Source: Naegleria gruberi (lineage: Eukaryota). Taken from it: a stretch of DNA of 1,168 nucleotides. The notes beneath the pieces are model-generated. The model ran no database searches and was not told where the DNA came from. It worked only from the letters and a program-made list of their open reading frames with translations. Below, piece by piece: positions 1 to 1,168 of this stretch. The stretch lies in NCBI GenBank assembly GCA_000004985.1, contig GG739518.1; one strand, 5' to 3'. The position numbers and the translations under genes are program-made. Within the stretch, counting starts at the first letter, position 1, and the number at the start of each line of letters is the position of its first letter.

Positions 1-180
1 GGAATACTTTTTCATGGTTCCATTCTTTTCTTCTTCAGCTCTCTTTAAGAGGGCCCTCTCTTGCATTTCCTTCCACTGGTTCATTTCTCTTTCATGTCTT
101 GATTCATTTTCCTCAATAATTTTTCTTCGTTCTTCCGATTCTGCAACATGACCTCCTTGAGCCCACGCCATTACACATCT
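1..180 (-). other. Charged Glu/Arg/Lys-rich, probably alpha-helical/coiled segment downstream of the LRRcap (continues past the window edge)
   Basis: Translation: [60 protein letters not shown]. The heptad-like spacing of hydrophobics within a highly charged stretch resembles the region after the LRRcap in DNAAF1 as I recall it. Confidence 0.5.
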
Positions 181-1062
181 TCTCTCATCCTTGGATACTG
201 GTTTATCATCCAGATATGTTAAATGTGGTAGTTTTGAAATAAAAGTCTTTCTATAATTCTTAGTTTTGCCTACAAAAGGATTTCCTTTAAGATAGAGCAC
301 AGTTAATTTAGGGAGTTGGGAAAGGATATCTACAATACCAGCATCATCTATCTCATTGCTTGATAAATCCAATACTGATAATCTATTTAATTTACATAAA
401 CTGGAAAGGCTGTCTATCGATGAAATTTTGTTATTACCCAAATTCAAAGTCTCCAATTGAGGGCAACATTCCAAATTTTCTACAACAGTAATTCTGTTAC
501 TGGAGAGGTTCAATGTTTGCAAATTCACTAAATTTTCCAAATTTTCAATTGTAGTGATGAGATTCTGGTTGAGATACAAACATCTGAGCTTATCCAAGTG
601 GCCAAGGTTTTCAATTTTAGTGATGGCATTACCCTCAAGCCATAAAGCTTTCAGTTCAGTGTATAATTCTAAATTTTCAATGACTCTGAAGCCTCGGTGA
701 TGAAGGAAGAGTTTATCATTCAAATAGGGTGTTTGGAACAAACTTTGGCGAGAGCACAAGTCCCTGATAACATCTACAGTTATTCTTGGAGTGTGGTACC
801 TTTTTTCGGCGCTTGAGGGAGAAGATGGTGATTTGTTAGTGTCTTCCATTGCTTGTTGTTTTTTAGGAGTGGAGGTTTGGGATGGATCTTCCCTTGTTTC
901 TGTTGTAGGTTGTGGGGTTGTTGTTGGTGTGGTTGTTATTTCAGTTTCAGAATCAATCTCCTCAATGATTATTTTACTTGATTTTGTATTAGACGTTGTT
1001 GATTCTTCATTATTTTCTGTTGAGGATGAGAGAGATCGAGCCCTAGAGAAGAAGGAGAGCAT
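1..1062 (-). CDS. Partial CDS (N-terminal 354 aa; continues beyond window start) for a leucine-rich-repeat protein resembling axonemal dynein assembly factor 1 (DNAAF1/LRRC50/ODA7 family)
   Basis: Hand translation of the reverse complement gives an uninterrupted 354-codon frame. It starts at ATG (+ 1062..1060) and runs to the window edge. The sequence is [14 protein letters not shown]...[12 protein letters not shown]...[126 protein letters not shown]...[119 protein letters not shown]... An in-frame TGA lies upstream at + 1131..1129, and there is no earlier in-frame ATG. The N-terminal conserved block (LNDxL(F/Y)LHxxGFxxIENLExYTxL..LWL..N.I.KIENL), the SDS22-like LRRs, the LRRcap, the 'AWAxGG' motif and the charged tail match my recollection of human DNAAF1 (…[53 protein letters not shown]… LKHLTYLDDRPV… CAEAWARGGYAAEKEER…). 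The family assignment is from memory, not from a database search. Confidence 0.8.
   Translation of the reverse strand, partial: MLSFFSRARSLSSSTENNEESTTSNTKSSKIIIEEIDSETEITTTPTTTPQPTTETREDPSQTSTPKKQQAMEDTNKSPSSPSSAEKRYHTPRITVDVIRDLCSRQSLFQTPYLNDKLFLHHRGFRVIENLELYTELKALWLEGNAITKIENLGHLDKLRCLYLNQNLITTIENLENLVNLQTLNLSSNRITVVENLECCPQLETLNLGNNKISSIDSLSSLCKLNRLSVLDLSSNEIDDAGIVDILSQLPKLTVLYLKGNPFVGKTKNYRKTFISKLPHLTYLDDKPVSKDERRCVMAWAQGGHVAESEERRKIIEENESRHEREMNQWKEMQERALLKRAEEEKNGTMKKYS
196..672 (-). repeat. Leucine-rich repeat domain (about 5-6 SDS22-type 22-aa LRRs plus C-terminal LRRcap) with a 66-nt periodicity visible at the DNA level
   Basis: Protein repeats are LxxLxxLxLxxNxIxxIENLxx (e.g. [17 protein letters not shown] / [17 protein letters not shown] / [17 protein letters not shown] / [17 protein letters not shown] / [20 protein letters not shown]), followed by [26 protein letters not shown] (LRRcap). 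On the + strand, the antisense of the '(I/V)ENL' codons recurs at 66-nt spacing. 'ccaaattttc' occurs at 471-480 and 537-546. 'ttttcaatt(g/t)tagtgatg' occurs at 542-560 and 608-626. 'ttttcaatg' occurs at 674-682. Confidence 0.8.
781..1062 (-). other. N-terminal low-complexity (Thr/Ser/Pro/Glu/Lys-rich, probably disordered) extension of the protein, about 95 aa
   Basis: Translation: [93 protein letters not shown]. It has no recognisable fold motifs. Composition is strongly biased and there are no hydrophobic stretches after the first few residues. Confidence 0.7.
901..937 (-). repeat. Imperfect ACA/ACC trinucleotide-like tract on the coding strand (+ strand reads tgttgtaggttgtggggttgttgttggtgtggttgtt) encoding [12 protein letters not shown]
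   Basis: Direct inspection. The coding strand reads acaaccacaccaacaacaaccccacaacctacaaca, an A/C-only run of about 36 nt. It is a cryptic simple-sequence repeat inside the low-complexity region. Confidence 0.6.
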
Positions 1063-1168
1063 TTTTTTAGATGATAATTCAACTACCTGTTCCCAAGTTG
1101 TAGTGATATTTTTGCGCCAATAGACTGCTCACTGTAATCAACGACTTTGTATGTTGGATTATGAGCAG
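1063..1168 (-). other. Putative 5' untranslated leader of the LRR gene (no ATG anywhere in it; in-frame TGA 23 codons upstream of the start; A-rich 'aaaaaaATGc' initiation context)
   Basis: The reverse complement of + 1063..1168 contains no ATG triplet, so no uORFs. The reading frame of the CDS is closed by TGA at + 1131..1129. The start codon is preceded by an A6 run, typical of AT-rich eukaryotic initiation contexts. Confidence 0.55.

Noticed and set aside
1-60. Apparent missing stop codon / 'open' 3' end of the minus-strand gene
   Set aside because: This is not a biological feature. The CDS simply runs off the window edge, and DNAAF1-family proteins are considerably longer than 354 aa. 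It is also why the start-to-stop ORF track failed to list the real gene.
196-672. Reading the 66-nt periodic repeats as a tandem DNA repeat, satellite or CRISPR-like array
   Set aside because: The periodic units are imperfect and sit in one continuous reading frame. Each unit encodes a canonical 22-residue leucine-rich repeat. The periodicity is protein-coding structure, not a non-coding array.
791-1123. The only ORF in the supplied track: + strand, GTG start, 110 aa ([19 protein letters not shown]…[15 protein letters not shown]…)
   Set aside because: It is exactly antisense to the Thr/Pro/Ser-rich low-complexity N-terminus of the real gene. Gly/Val runs are simply the reverse complement of ACC/ACA/AAC codons. 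It begins with GTG, which is not a eukaryotic start. It also spans the real gene's ATG and 5' leader and has no recognisable motifs. It is an artefact of biased composition, not a gene.
1-1168. Possibility of a prokaryotic novel system (defence island, toxin–antitoxin, CRISPR, mobile element) as hinted by the task framing
   Set aside because: I found no Shine–Dalgarno or promoter architecture, no operon-like gene packing, no inverted or direct terminal repeats, no CRISPR-like spacing and no integrase or transposase motifs. A single long eukaryote-type ORF for a ciliary LRR protein occupies the whole window.
1129-1168. Possible upstream ORF or alternative earlier start in the leader
   Set aside because: The reverse complement of 1063..1168 contains no ATG. 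The main frame is closed by TGA at + 1131..1129. The ATG at + 1062..1060 is therefore the first possible initiator.

Overview
This window is almost entirely one minus-strand eukaryotic protein-coding sequence. It runs from an ATG at + 1062..1060 to the window edge at + 1, giving 354 codons with no stop, so the 3' end is truncated. It has no introns.

The provided ORF track does not list this reading frame, presumably because it never reaches a stop inside the window. I found it by hand-translating the reverse complement.

The encoded protein has four parts, listed N- to C-terminal. First, about 95 aa of Thr/Ser/Pro/Glu-rich low-complexity sequence. Second, a conserved block, [60 protein letters not shown]. 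Third, five to six SDS22-type 22-residue leucine-rich repeats, followed by an LRRcap ([29 protein letters not shown]). Fourth, a CVMAWAQGG motif and a Glu/Arg/Lys-rich, probably helical, tail.

From memory, this architecture and these motifs match the axonemal dynein assembly factor DNAAF1 (LRRC50; Chlamydomonas ODA7). I could not run a search to confirm this.

On the same strand, + 1063..1168 looks like a 5' leader. It has an in-frame upstream TGA and A-rich context just before the ATG.

The single ORF in the supplied track (+ 791..1123, GTG start) is antisense to the low-complexity region and to the true start codon. I judge it spurious.

I found no prokaryotic features: no RBS/promoter logic, mobile elements, CRISPR or defence-system signatures. 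The honest reading is a cilium/flagellum biogenesis gene. It comes either from a cDNA/transcript or from an intron-poor eukaryotic genome. It is not a novel prokaryotic system.
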